A stretch of DNA of 64,000 bases, from the NCBI GenBank assembly GCA_973895155.1, contig OZ316893.1, positions 6,720,963-6,784,962 of the forward strand, read 5' to 3'. This stretch comes from Marsupella aquatica (taxonomy: Eukaryota; Plantae; Marchantiophyta). Made by a program: the position numbers and the translations under genes. Below are positions 1-13,970 of the stretch, one piece after another. The notes beneath the pieces are model-generated. The model searched no databases. It worked only from the letters and a program-made list of their open reading frames with translations, and had not been told where the DNA came from. Positions within the stretch are counted from its first letter, which is position 1, and each line of letters begins with the position of its first letter.

Positions 1-17
1 AGGGTGTTTATCTCCCT

Positions 18-150
18 GCTTTGCTTATTCACCCAATAATAATATTTGTTATTCCCAAGGCAGCTTTGTTCATCCACCTAATAATAATATTTTGTTTTAT
101 GCCCAAGGCAGCTTTCTTCATCCACCTATTAATAATATTTTGTTTTAGAC
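18..150. repeat. ~50-bp tandem repeat, ~3 degenerate copies
   Basis: Unit like gcttt(g/c)ttcatccacctaataataatattttgttttatgcccaaggca recurs three times. Confidence 0.75.
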
Positions 151-888
151 CTTAAGGACAAGGGAGTTTTTGGCCTTTGCCCTTGGCTCTCCACATGAAA
201 TGCGGCATTGTAATGATATCATAACATCAGTTATTTTGAGGATCACATAACAACAGGTCAATCTCATTTGTGTTTCTATTAGGGCCATCTTGCATGTGAC
301 AAGTCCTTTGTGTTCCGGCCCTAAACTGAACCCGTGGCATTTGTAAATGCAGCGACAGGCCGGCAGTCATGATGGCGGCTTTAGAGGATATGCAAGGGCA
401 AGGGCCGGAAATTTTCCAGCCTTTGAGGTCCCGAACTTCGAACTGTGAATAAAACAAAACCGCAGCGGATCCTGCCCTGTACAATTTGCGGTGCCAAAGA
501 CAAAGAAGTAAATGTGATTGAGTAAGCACGGCACACGTAAGCTCTTCTTGATTGTATTTTGCAGAGATCGGTGGGCTGCTAAGGGTCGCTTTTTTCAGGA
601 CTCTTGCACATGCAAGACAGCCCTTAGGCTTGAATACATGGACACATTGCTTTCCAACTAGATTAAATACATTGGTAATTAAGAAACTTTTCCTGTTTTC
701 CAGACCCTCATGGCAAGCTCCTTCCAAAACCCTTGGAAACATGTGTTGCCACATGAACACTATTAATATGGTTGGTAATAGGCTTGGGCTTGTCTAACAG
801 GGATAGACCAAAAACACTTACTCTGAAAGGGAGTACCCCTAACTCTTCCCTTATGGCACGGGTCAATGCATATCCACCTGCAACCAAT

Positions 889-2053
889 AGGGCGTGTCAA
901 AGGCCCGCCATAACTCAGTTACAGCTTAGGCCATAAAATGTTTATATGGCCTGATCGTAACTTCTTACGGGGTACCTAGAAAGGTGCTACCTAGAAAGGT
1001 GCCCCATAAGGCTTGGACGTCCCAATGTGGATGTCCATAGGGCCGTCCGCTACGGTGTCCGTCCTGAGTCAGCACAACACAACTTCCACGAAACTCCTTT
1101 TGTCTCGTGAAACAACTACTTCCGTTCCCCTCGTGCCTTCCCAGTGATGTGCGTTCGAGTAGTGCAGCAGTGGAGTAGTACTCGAACCGCGACAACGGAA
1201 TTCAGTTTGGCTGGTCGTCGACAGTTCTCTATCTACAGTACAGCTGAAACCATATTGGCAAGTAGTGTAGGATAACTGGATCTCTCAGTTCGCCTGGCTT
1301 GATCGAGCAGCTGAATAAACTGTTGTTAAGCCACTGCCTATGTTTTTCCGTCGTATCAATTAGACCAGAAACACACACGAGAAGACATGTAAACTGCAGT
1401 GTTTGATCTAAAGACTAACATAGCTTCCAATCAATTGGGTCAAATTGAGGTCAGTGTTAGATTCAGCAATCAAGATGTCCCAAGATGTCGGAGAATGCAA
1501 GCTGGACAGTCGAATTACTTTCCAGGTTTTGAGCAAGGAATTCATATCCTTGGCTTGACTTTGATTGTTCCATTACTGTGTGATCAAATTTGCTTATTGC
1601 GAACAGCCCTGGGCACAATCCGTTGTCGAGATTGGAGACATTTCAGATTTTGTAGAGGGTGTGTCTGTCATATGAGTGGATCAGCCCTGATTGATGCCTG
1701 GGCTGATAGTAGCCAAAATTGACGCAGCCATTGTGGGAGGAAAGAAAATGTAAAGGATGGAGAGAGGCAAGCTCATGCTGCTGAGGTGTTCTGAGGGGAG
1801 ACAGACGATCCTTCTTTCTTTCTTCAGCACTGGAGCACACACAAGTCTTCCAGAACACTACTTGCAACCACGACACTACCTGCAAGTGGTGTTTGCGATT
1901 GTCACCGGCTGTAACTCCAATTTCTACCCTGTAGGTAGGTTTTATGGGAGGTGTCAAAACATGTCTTTCTTACCCATAAAGATTCCCATATTGTATTTTA
2001 TGGCTTAATGAGGGACACAAGGCAGGGTGTACGGCCGTGCTTTGACACGCCCT
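889..2053. mobile_element. Non-autonomous TIR element (MITE-like), long copy
   Basis: AGGGCGTGTCAAAG at 889 and its reverse complement CTTTGACACGCCCT ending 2053. AAT flanks both sides (a TA duplication is an alternative reading). The first ~100 bp are similar to the copy at 17279. Confidence 0.7.
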
Positions 2054-3021
2054 AATGGCCCCTAAATTCTGGTCATAAGGTGTTTTATAGGCAAATTCGT
2101 GTCCTATACTTTTCCTTACGGCCCTGCTTTGAGACTCCCTACTATAGACAGAACATTTTGCATGGAATTTACGGAATGTTACATGGACTATATGGAGAAC
2201 CAAGGGAATATTTCACATGGAATATTACCATGAATAATCTTCCTTTGTTTTCATTGAAAATGATCATGTCCTAACTACCTTTGAGACCCATTTCATTCAG
2301 AATCCTCCATTCAATCTTTGCTCTCACCTCCAAATTTAAATCTATTCCAATGTGCAACTCTTTGTTGCTCCAACTAGTTGAATATCATCAAGCTCATATA
2401 ACCCAAGGGGTCATCAAACTAATTGGGATCAAGTGAAGGCCCAAACAGTTTGTAGATATCAGTCCATGCCAAGGACTGGGGCCAAAGAAAATATATTATT
2501 ATCTTGGTCAAGTATTTGTCTTTGAAAGAGTCAGTTTTCTTTTACTGATTCTTGTTGCAGCATTTGTGCGCATCACAATTTCTTCAGATACCAGATTTTT
2601 TATCTATCTTTCTTCAGCCAGATTTTGCTTTTGTATCTTTTATTTGAGAAATCTTTCCAGAGAAGCAAATCCAAAGTGGAGCGCTCAATTTGGTTTAAGC
2701 TCATGTGGAGAAATGTTCCAAAACCTGAGGTTGAAGCAGTGTCCTGAAGTAGTCAACAATGTGAACAAATAGAACCAACATCTACTTTTGCACATTGTTT
2801 TGTCCACAAAAAACTTGGTACAAAGTTGAGAGTTTATATTCCCCATATCTCCTAAAAAGGCATATTACATGAAATCACTCTCCAAAACTCCAGTTAGAAC
2901 AGGTCGCACTCCCCTTTACATGAACTTGGGGCACAATCAAGCAAAACCATTACCAAACCTGGTCACATGTCAGTGGGTCCCTTGTGGGGTCCTTGTTTCT
3001 GCTGATGTGTACATGTCTTTT

Positions 3022-3400
3022 TGTCAAAAACTTAGACCTCATCTTGAGGTGGTCTGAAAACATGGAGCAACGGTTGCTTCTTTGCAGGGAATTGCATTAT
3101 TACTTCTAGACCTAGGTTAGTTATTTGCAGGGAATTGCATTTATTACTTCTAGACCTGACATATCTTGTTGCAGTAGTTTTAACTTTGATGTATGGAAAG
3201 CCATCAGCTTTGCTTTGGATGGAAAGACATTCTACAGGGATTAATAACATTTTATTTACCAAACAAAATTGGTTAGAAACTACCAAAGTCTTAATCCATG
3301 ACGGTTTGTAATCAAGAATGATTATGTGCCATGGCCAGAAGTCATTAGAGGTTAGGGGCTTTACAAGAATGACCAGACTTAAGGTCCTACTTTTCCTAGA
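3022..3400. repeat. Degenerate dispersed repeat, copy 1 (copy 2 at ~5125-5600)
   Basis: tgtcaaaaacttagacctcatcttgaggtggtc and tttgcttt(g)gatggaaa.aca blocks are shared with 5125-5600. Minus-strand translations share VEC(L/I)SIQSK. Boundaries approximate. Confidence 0.55.
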
Positions 3401-5124
3401 CCAAAACAAACAGGCCAGTTTCAGCCTAACTCAAGGTGCGTTTCCAAGTGGATGACAAACAAAGGGGCCTGTGGGGGGAATACAATTAATGCAAAACAAG
3501 AGAATGAGCAGCCAAACTTCAGATCACCTTGCAAGGTGGCTTAAATTTTGGCGATAAAACAATGTACACATCAATACACAGTCACGCAGAGGGACCTACC
3601 AACTGCTATTTAGGCTTGGGCAAAACCTGGGTTGAAGTGGCCACCAAAGTCAAGAAGGACCGATCCCACTAAACTACCAAGTGAGATTAAATCTCACTCT
3701 AAAGTAGTGAAAAGAACTAAGACAACAAAACCTATAAAACCTTGTGTAAAAAAGATTGGGGGATTTATTTGTTCCCAAAAGCCATCACCTCAGGAAGAAA
3801 CTTTTACACCCCGAATAATAGATTTTTGCTCCCAAAAAGAGTATAGTATAGTATATAAATATAGATATATATCTACTAAACGATCCATGGCGATTGCTTT
3901 GCCCGTGCAACTTGGTGAGGTTCAGCCTTCCATATCTGTGAGATTGTCAAAACGAAACGTATTATCAAGATTTTGTCGAATTCGTTATTGGCCTCAGACG
4001 ACGGCGTCAGCGGTCAGACCAGAACAGTAAATGCCAAGATTTCAAGACATTTCATTGGTGGAGCCGATTCCTGATTTTACTGAACGAAAACATGAAATTC
4101 AACTACCAAGATCTCCCTTCGTCAAATGATCACGCATCCGAGGGCGTCGATGGATCATTTCCCCCATTAGATTGTACACTTTTACCCAATCTGAGCCGAC
4201 AGCATTAGTTTATTGCTCCATTGGCAACGTAAAACATATAGAAACCAAAACAGTCCGAACATAATTATGGACGACGTCGGTGCTGTTCGCATACCACAAA
4301 AGGAGTTCCGCCCTCAATTCTCGTTTCGCTGTCGTTTTTCTCCTGTCTTTTTTTCCCCCTTTTTTGTCCTTGAACGAAAGGACGAGCATATTTTTCTGAA
4401 TTTGTTTATTTTATTATTTAATGGATTTTTTTGCTGGTTGTGGATGGGAGGCGTTTTCTTCTCCATTTTGGAATAAGGGAGTGAGGGAATATAAGGGTGG
4501 ATGTGTGTGTGGGGGCGGGGGGTGAGGCTGCTTCTTTCTTAGATGGAGGAGGTGCGAGCATGAAGACTAGAGAAATGTGGCATTTCTCAAATCAGATAAT
4601 CAATAACATCTGGCACACGATTAGGAGGAAATAAATACTAAGAGTTTTCTTGTACTGAAATGTGATTGATGTAATCCTATAAATTCTAGTCCCGCTTGTG
4701 AAGTAAAGCTTTGGAGTGCATTCCCCTTTTCCCCAGAATAAAAAATCCACTTACATGATCAGATATGTTTTGTAAACGCTTTAAATGGCTTTTCAAAATA
4801 GTCAAAGTATTGTTTTGGGGGGGGAAGGGAAAGTGTCCCTAGGAACCTTAGATCACTAAAATTGGGACCTGTTGGGTGGCTTTACAAGCAGTCAGGGCAC
4901 ACGTGACTTTTTTCATCAAAGGAAAGTGGGGGGCTACTTGTGGTTCTAAGGGGGCCTGTCACTGAAATAGGAGGCCAGTGTTTCTGTTTCTATCTAGTCT
5001 GAGATGCAATCCTAGCCATTCAAATCTGTGAATTGCTAGCTTTCACTTTTCATAAACTTGGAGGCACAATCTGGCAAAGCCATCACCTACCCCACGCACC
5101 TCCTCGTGAGCCCCTTGGCTGATT

Positions 5125-5600
5125 TGTCAAAAACTTAGACCTCATCTTGAGGTGGTCCAAAAGAATGGACCAAGGTATCTTTGCATTTATCATCTCCAGA
5201 CCTGACACATTGGGCTCAGTTGAATGAAATTGGGTCTCCTAAACTGGCCCTCCACTTTGCTTTGAATGGAAATACACTCAACTGCAAGTTCTTGTAACGC
5301 CCCCCTAGGCAGACTCCAAACCAATTTCTTTTTGGAAGAAATTTCAATAAATGCAAATTCATTGAATGAAAAAGTCAAAGTTTGGAAATGTTTTCTATCA
5401 CCTTTGAAGGATAATTTAAATTGTAGACAAAGGAAGTACTTCCAATGTGCATTTGCTCGGGCCCAATGCTTGCCATGCCCATTGGTAGACAGTAGACACC
5501 ACACCAAACCTGCTTGGCTCCCAAGCTCTTGTAAAGCCAAGTGTAATCTTGTCCACTCTTTATAAAACTTAATCCAATAATGAATTAATATCAATGTGCC
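5125..5600. repeat. Degenerate dispersed repeat, copy 2
   Basis: Same blocks as 3022-3400. Boundaries approximate. Confidence 0.55.
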
Positions 5601-7875
5601 CCAATACCTTGTAAAGCCACCCTAAATAGAGTGGAACATCTTGGCCTTCCAGGCGCCAAGATGGTGGATTGCAAGCGTTAGGTGGCTGTTCCTGGACTCC
5701 ACAAGTACAGCTCCCATGGTGGATAGTGAGGTTACTCTAATGAGTGTTTCAGGTTCTGAGGAAGGACTTACACAGTTACACGCCTGGGCACACGGCCCAC
5801 GAATTGTGCAAGGTTTCCCTGGTTAAAAGTGGGTTTGGGGACGCCATGTTTGTTGATGACGATCCAATAAGATATAGGCTCGTCTCTAAAGACCTTTCCA
5901 CTGAAATAATTGCACAGGCGTGAATCATGAATATGTATAATGTCACCTACAGCAGAAACGGTCACCACAGCCACAAAATTATTGCACCTACAGAAATCTG
6001 GATAGAAAAGAGTTGCGTGGTGGTCGATTTCTTCGCTCCCTCGTGCGGCGCCGATGCTGGGGACACTTTGCCACTTTGGCCTTTGCAGGAGGCAGATCCC
6101 TGAACTGTCATGTGTCCTCTCGCTCGTGTGCTGATTTTGATGGATTCGATGTGGTGAGACAACAGCATCGGCATCCGTTTGGGAAAGTAGCAGACTAGCA
6201 CCTGCACTGCGCTTTCATCTCGTCGTTGTCTCCTGCCCCCTTTGGGAGAAGGAGATCACAGACTCACAGTCTTCTGTCTGTATTTCAGTAGTTTGGGTGG
6301 GTCCGTCACAGCTCTGCCTCTGCTTGCTTGGCTTCGTTGCTCGCCTCACCACATGTCCTTCATTGTGGGCCAGTGCGGACTGGGCCCCTTTCCCTTTCAA
6401 CTTTTGTCCCCCATCTTGTCTGCCTTCAGCAGTTCAGCAATTCCGTAAGCTACAGTACTAAGTAAAGGCGATGGCCGACAAATAATGACCATCGCCAGAT
6501 CGCCTCATCAGTCGTAAAGTTGCCGGATTCTCACAAGACCGGGAAGAAGCAAAAAGGGAAAGGGGAAGCAGAAGTGGATCGAGTGCTTTACCAGCTGGCC
6601 AACGAAAGGACTGAGAGAGGAAGGAACAACAGCACTACCTAACGCCGGAGTGTTCCTCCTTTTCTTCACTCTTTAAACCGATAGGAGAGTGCGCACCCTG
6701 CCTTTATTATAGTTCTCTCCACTCTACTGGGAGTGTTCTTCTTCTGTTCAGTCTTGAAACCAAGTCACTCCACCCTACCATATTTCTCACCACTCTGTGC
6801 CGTAAAAGAGCTTGAGTTGTACGTCCAGTTTTAGAATTTGAACCGCTACAGTTGGGGTTATCAATGCTCGTCCTCAGCGCTGCAGCCGTGAAAGGATAGG
6901 AGAAGCAATCAAGGTCCGAGAGAGAAGAGGTCGGATTCTGTGACTAGAAATTCCAGAGGAGAGTGTTATTGTTGAGCTGCCGTAGGACAGGAGAGTGGAT
7001 GAGAGGAAGAATCTTGGAAGCGAGAACCCGTAGAGTCTGTACAGACGCTGTTACTGAGACTGTAGTAGTAGTTTTGTTGAGCGGTTCGTGACTTCGTAGA
7101 TTTGAGGTACATCCATCCTGGAGGTCGCTAATCCATAGTTCAGACGGGAGGAGCAGGTTGGAGTTATAGATGTAAGGTGGGCGTAGAGAGCGACCTTAAT
7201 GCGAATATCTGTGTGGAGGCTTTTTTGCGTTGTATAGGCAGCAGCTCCGGGAGGAGTGATCGTTTTCGAGCGAAGTGCTAGTTTACTGGGGGAAAGTTGC
7301 GAAAGTGCGGGAGTCTCATGTGCCTTGCTCGTCCGTATTGCGTTCTCTCTCTGTGCACCGATAGGCGAGTGGTCACCTTTTTGTTATTCAGTGAACGTAC
7401 GTCTCTTCTGGTTCTGTGCAACGAGAAAGACACGTGAGCAACTTGAACAACAGTAAGTTGTGGTTACCATCACGGAACTGTGTGTTGAGTGGGTGGAATG
7501 TTTCCCTTTTTGGCCGTTGTCGGTTGGAGATGCTCGACTGCACTCTACTATTGTACGATTTAGTGCATGGTGCACATTGTGCTTCCGAGTTTAGAACACT
7601 GCTGGATCCATTTTCTTGGGTGTCCTGTGGAGTCCATCGCAGCACAGCAGCTTGTTGGTAGGAAGGAGGAATATATTCACGCGGAGTGGGCATTGTTCCA
7701 GGTACGTAGGTGGTTGTCATACTTTGCAGGTTGATGGGGCTCCCATTGGAGGTAAACGGGCGAGAGGCTTGGAGCAATGTGGTGTTTTGGAATACTATTG
7801 TAGTCATGCCAATGTTCTAGGCAGCAATCGAGTTATTCGAGGCAGGCGGTCAGGCTATTCGCCAGGCAGATCAGC

Positions 7876-10800
7876 ATGGGGAACCCAATGCCGAGGTCTC
7901 AGTCACTCACTCGGCAGAAGTGGAATTCTGGGCAGCAAAAATGGGACTCGACATTGGGCAGCATCTCGAGGCCGAGCACGAGGGCCTCCGGTGCCGCTAT
8001 GTATGGTAGACAGCTCTCCTCTGTGGAGAGAATAGGATCGAGTGGAGAGCTCACTAGTGGCGGTAGACCGGCGAGGATTTTCTACAGCGGAGAGTTCCCA
8101 CGGACAGGTGCAGGTCGCCCTCCATCTCCCATTCCCCTCTACGTGACCGCAGCTGATGCTTCGGCTGCTAACCTTCCTCTCCAAAGGAACACCACTGCCA
8201 CCCGAGATGCTGCGACCAACACGGAGGAACCTCCTGACTCAGCTGGAAGGGAAGGTTTCGCAGCGGGACGCTTACGGTCCAGTGTGAGGGTGAGGAGAGA
8301 GGACCCAGCTTATTTTGTGGGTACGGAAGCAGTCCCCAAACAAGATGACCAATGTTCAGCGGAGCTCAGCAAGGGAGACGTAAACTGTGATTCGGAGGCC
8401 CGGATAAACAGTTCTAACGAGGCTGTTGCGAATGGGTCTGGGACGACCTCAGCTCAGACAGAGAAGGAGGGGAGCTACAGTCGGTTGCTCAGCAGAGGAG
8501 GTGAGTCGTCCAGCTTCAGGGGGAGGCAATTGTCTTCCTCATCTAGGAGAGAGAGTTGTTCCTTCAGGAGGGAGACGGTTTCCAGCTCATTCAGGAAGGA
8601 GGTTGCGATTGGTCCGAGAAGGAAAGAGAGGAACGCAACCAAATCGTTCCAAGATGGGGAAATGTCCAGCATTGCTAGTGAGAGCGCAAGAGGGAGTCCG
8701 TGTAGCATCCATTACAGTGAGGCTCCGTTCTCGAAGAACTGTCAAACTCCCCAAGGTGGAGTTCAATGGACGAGTTCTCCCTCGTCCCCTGATACCGGCT
8801 TTGGGAAGTCTTCTGTTCCTTTCCATTGGGAGGAGGCTCCTGGTAAAGCAAAAACCATTGCAGCAGCAGCGGAGATGGCCCTAGCTCGGAAGCTCGTTCG
8901 GGACGAGTCCCTTAGACGATTGAATGGCGGGTCCCCAAGGAGTAGTATTGACAGTCACGGGTCCTTCCGAGTAGAGAAGAAATCTTCCCCAGTTGTGTCT
9001 CGGCGTATCTCCGGCGAACAGCACTTGCAGCAGCAACTGTCCTCAGCTGCTGCACTCGCTCTGCCCCCGGCTAAGAGGATTTCCCAGGAGTTCGCTCTCC
9101 CTCGGAAGGAGTCCCATTCTTCCCAGCTGATTGAAGACCTCAAAGCTGCAGTTGTGAGAAAGCAGACTGAGGAATGGTCCTGCAAGGCGAAATCCGAGGT
9201 CGACGATGATAGCAGGAGTGTAATATCTGATTACTGTGCTGGCGACACTCATATTGATCTCGTTGCTCCAGCAGCCGCCAAATTTCTGAACAGGGAGGAC
9301 GACGTCCCTACAGTAACCCCTGTCAAGACACCTCTTGCTGCTGTGCCATTCAAATGGGAGGAAGCTCCTGGTAAGCCTAAGGAAAGTGTCTCGTCACCAC
9401 CTCGCTCAGATCCCCCGTCTCTCTCTCTACCGCCTCGACTCCTAGGTGGTTGCCACAATCCCTCCAAGGAGCAGAAAGAAAAAATTCTCCAGACGTACTC
9501 ATCCAATCTGATGGATATGCACTGGTCTTCCAGTGGGAATCCTACACCCCTCTCTCGGTCAAGAGACTCCACACCCTCTAGGCGGGACCGCACACCAACG
9601 AGAAGGGACCGAACTCCCACAAAGAGAGATCTCACACCAGGGAGAAGAGAGCTGACTCCTACGAGGAGGGATTCGACTCCCTCCAGGAGCTACTTTTCAA
9701 CCAGGGTCGTGCCAAAGAGTGGGCCCATCCCCTTCCCAGCTGTGGCAGCCGTAGACTGTGTCCGGGAACACCACAGTGGGCCTCTCCGTAGCAACACCAA
9801 TCCGAACTACCTCAACGTCCCTCCGAGGAACGTATCTCAGGAGTTTGCCCGTGTGACCCAGGATTCCGCTCTCACTGTCCTAACAGAAGAACTCGAGGCT
9901 TCGAATAGGATCATCACCCCTGATACTGGGTCTATTCAACTGCACAGCTATATCTCGAGCCGGAAGGTGTCCCAGGAGCTGCAAATTGTACGATATGATT
10001 CTCCTTGCGATGCAACTTCTAGCAGGAGCACTGAGAATTCGCTCGATCAGAGTGGAGATTCGTCCGAGGAGTGCCGAGCTTTAGTTAAAGTTACACCTCT
10101 TAGTGGTGCTGTGGATCCCTTGTCACCGACGAGTATTCTCTGCGGCCCAGACCTCTCCAGCCAGAGAACTGCCTCCAATCTGTCCACTGCCTACGCAGAG
10201 TCTTCACATTCCCACCACCAGGACGTCATATCTGGTAGCCACACGAAAACCGAGAGCCTCACATCCCTGGAATCGTTCGTTGACGAGACTTACAACATAC
10301 CTCCTCCCTGGAGTGGCAGTGAGACACTAGATTCCCCTTACCGTGATTTGGGGCCCATCGACTTGCAACCAGGAGAAATGATGCAAGGTAACAAATCAAT
10401 GGAGCAAGGAATGAAAGCTATTCTCAGATTTTGCAGGAGAGCGAAGAAATGGAACAAGTCCAAGACCCCCGTACGGAAGAACTCGAACTCTGCTGAACCT
10501 GACATGTGGGCTCCCACTCTTGCCACTTACTTCCAAAAGATAGAGCTGGGTAGCAATATTCTCGGCAAAGTGGGGTCCCAGGTTTTCCCAGAGACCAAGG
10601 AATCGAGGAACATTCATCATTCCGGAATTTTGAGCGTCCCATGTTCTCCGTTGAAGTACATTCCCAGGTCTGGGGAGCTTACCATGACACCTGATCGATT
10701 GGGAGCGAGGAAGCCGCTCGGCAGCATGACTCCGGTGCACGTTATCACCACATGTCGGTCTCCTTCTTACAGAGTCATGGCCACTGATGAGTGCTTCTCT

Positions 10801-11448
10801 GTATTCTCAATTGGAAAGGTGTGGAATGGAACTAAGGCCCGGCAAGCGAAGTGGGGCAGGAAAATGAGAAGGAGCTCGCGTCTCATGGTAAGCATTTCCT
10901 TCGTCAAATCTCGTTGTCTCCCATAGTTGAAGTGTTACGAAATTAAACGTGTCGGGTCGTTTTCCGCGACTCTTGTCACACTTTACAAGCTACTTTTCAT
11001 GGTTCTCTTGAGGTTATTCTGCAGGAAATATACCTGTTCCATATGTGAAAGTGTTCTGGCAGGTGGTCAGTCAAATGCTAACTTTCTTGCTGGTCTTGTG
11101 AACTCGCAGGGAGCAATATTTGCCGCTCTGAAAAGATCTATGTTGATGAAGTGTGGAAGGCAAGGTTTGCCCACCATTCCTTCAGACAAAAACTTGCTTG
11201 ATCGTGATGCGGAGGTGATCTCAAAGGAGTATACTGCCCAATCCCACCAGCAGGCCGTCCACTCGCTATCCGCAGACCACCAGTTCCACAGGGTAAGCTC
11301 TCTTCGACTTTACTGTAAAGTCCTGTTTCTTGCTGTGTTTTTTGGTTGTTTATTTCCTTGTGGATCATGGTACTGTTCTTTGCTATCGGGAAGTAATGTT
11401 ATTTTCGGACGCTGATTTGTTTTGCCGTCTCTCTTGCAGCCACTTTGA
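7876..11448 (+). CDS. Ser/Pro-rich plant protein with two DUF688-type VPFxWEExPGK motifs, ~1067 aa; join(7876..10887,11110..11292,11440..11448)
   Basis: 1016-codon ORF with motifs VPFHWEEAPGKAK and VPFKWEEAPGKPK. Donor ATG|gtaagc at 10887, acceptor cgcag| at 11109, donor AGG|gtaagc at 11292, acceptor ttgcag|CCA CTT TGA at 11439. All splices keep the frame. Confidence 0.8.
9559..9687 (+). repeat. Coding 21-bp tandem repeat: six (R/K/S)R(D/E)xTPx heptads
   Basis: SRDSTPS RRDRTPT RRDRTPT KRDLTPG RRELTPT RRDSTPS. Confidence 0.85.
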
Positions 11449-13849
11449 GGAATCTGACGATGGTGGTTTGAACTTCAACCTAAATTATAACCTGGGGTCC
11501 TCCATCATAGTAAGCTCTTCGTGGGGACAACTATATGCGAGTCTTTCCTCGTACTACAGCGGATTGCAGACGCGTCTGTCCCCTCGGATGCCATTCTGTC
11601 CACAGTACTGTAGTTGTTTATACACACAGTGATATCGATCACGTCTCGTACTTCGCCCCGCGTCAGCTTATTTTTCTGCACGACGAATGAGAGGCGTTAC
11701 AAGAACTGTCTGATGAAGCTTTCCGTGTCGACTAGCTTTGCTCTGAAGGATCGTGGAGATGAGATGTCCTTGGAGAAAACACATGCCAATGTGCCAGCTA
11801 TTGAGATATCATCATATAGAGCTCTTAAGTTTTCACAAGGAAACTTCTGCTGATTGTATTGTGACTATGCTAGTTTGGCCTTGTCCTATACTTTCCAGGA
11901 GATTTGCTCCTGGAATTACTCCAGTTACACGAGCACAACTGATTCCTAGGTGTATTTTGTGATCCACTTCAAAAGAGTGGAAAACTGTTTCCTTTACTTA
12001 TGTCACGACCCTTTGTTGGGTTACCTTCCCTTAACAGTTTTATGCGGTTCGTCTGTACGCTATATTTGAGACATTATGTAAACAGAGCTTTGAATCGACA
12101 AATTGAGTTCTAGCATTTGGTGGAATCTGCTGGATTTGCATTCCCTGTACTCCATCAGAGATCTATATAAAGATGTGCAATCCTTTTGAAATTCTCTTTT
12201 CTCCTGTGGATTGGAGTGTCTTGGAGAGGCCCTTCTTTGTCTGATGTTTGTGGTGGGCCACTCTATCGGTCCCGTCTGTTCCCGTGTCGTGTTCTATGAT
12301 AATGTAGGGCACTTGTCATGAAAGCACTTCAAGATATCTTGTTCTGCAGTAGGAAGTTTTTACTTTTCGGTGAGTGAGTTGGCTCTGTAGGATACGAGCA
12401 CTGATGTCAACCTACTGAGTTTGAAACTAACAACTGAATCTATGTCTTCTAGACTATCCTCGAGAATTGTGATGTACTGGAACGCTTATTTGACAAACAA
12501 AAAAGAACAGATTCGTGAGACAAATCATGGATGGCCTTAGCAGAGCTCTTTTCAGAGCAGTACCGTAGAGTCTCCGTCTCAGGTAAACTTTCCGCTGATT
12601 TATTTGTTTCCGGACCCGGTTGCCCGTCAGATCTCCACTTCTCCAACGTCGTCGTGGCTTCCGACCATTACTTTCGTCCGCTCCTGCCCTAGTATTCTGT
12701 TGTGAGGGTAACGGGACATGGTGCAGGGGTTGCAACTGGGCGAAGCTCAGCCTGATCCGCGAAATTCTAAATCTTGACTGAGACCCAATTTGTGATCGGC
12801 TATGATCGTCATTCGTCGTTCAAATGTGCTTTGCTCCTCGTCGATGCGACTGGGCGAAGCTCATCCTGCTCAGATTCTGAATTATTCCGATACCCAGTCC
12901 GTGATCCTGGTCGATGCAAGCTTCTCTTTGAAGCCGACGTCGGCGACATGTTCATCTGCAACGTTGGTTCCAATATGTCAATTCAGCATCCGTAGCTGAA
13001 GCGTACGTTTCTTCTTCAAGACATATCCGTGGCCCACAGCGCCTTCAATGTGGGGAGTCGGCACATTTTATCAAAATATCGTCACACAACCTTAAAGCCT
13101 CACCTGTGAGGGCCCCCACGTCCAACGTCAAGGTTGAATCCAATGTATGTTTAATGAGCACAACGATGAGCACTACGTCGAGGTTGACTTGATAATTTCC
13201 TGCCCAACTGAGGTTCGTGACTTCGTGTCTATCAATCTTATTAAATGGGGTTACTGATGAACTGCCAACTCTGCCCTTCCTGTAAGTGACCTCACATGGA
13301 ATGGACTGTAGAGTCTGTGCAGCTGTGCAAAGAGTAATTTTTCAAGTTATTTATTTCTCGAACGGTGTGGTTAATGTCACCAATTTTTTAATTTTTTCAT
13401 GTGTGGCTAATGTCATCTACAGTAGTGTGAAGGAGAAGATGCTATTGTAGCAATACTCCTTGTCTCATTTACCTAGATTAATTTGACCCTCTATTTAGTC
13501 ATCTTGTGTGAAAGAAAATGTACTATGAATATTCACTTCCTAAATTCTTAGATTAATTTATGGTCACTGGAAAGAAATTTTAAGAGAGGTGGAATCTAGT
13601 GAATTTTGGCCACTAAGAAAAACTGGTGCTTCAAATCTCTCCTTCATGAAAGAGCAATGAAGTATATTGGACTCTCCTTACCAACATAGGATCACAATCA
13701 GAAGTGGAGTTGGTTTCAGACTACTCTAGAGACAACTTTAGTGACACTTAGAGAATGATGACTTTCAGGTTTTTTTGGGCAGCAGGCAGATGCGGACAGG
13801 CACAAGGTCCAGAAATCATTAATGACTTTCCAGTGAAACACAATCAGGT

Positions 13850-13970
13850 TTCAAACTTTCCTCCACTGGGGAACTGATGGTACAATTGTCCATTCATAAG
13901 AATCACACTATCATCTTTCAAACTTTCCTCCACTGAGGACCTGATGGTACAACTGTCCATTCATAAGAAT
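13850..13970. repeat. ~66-bp tandem duplication
   Basis: tttcaaactttcctccactg.gga.ctgatggtacaa.tgtccattcataagaat occurs twice. Confidence 0.8.

Noticed and set aside
227-7800. Numerous 60-180 aa ORFs
   Set aside because: No recognisable motifs, frequent non-ATG starts, and overlap with degenerate repeats or the probable 5' region of the 7876 gene.
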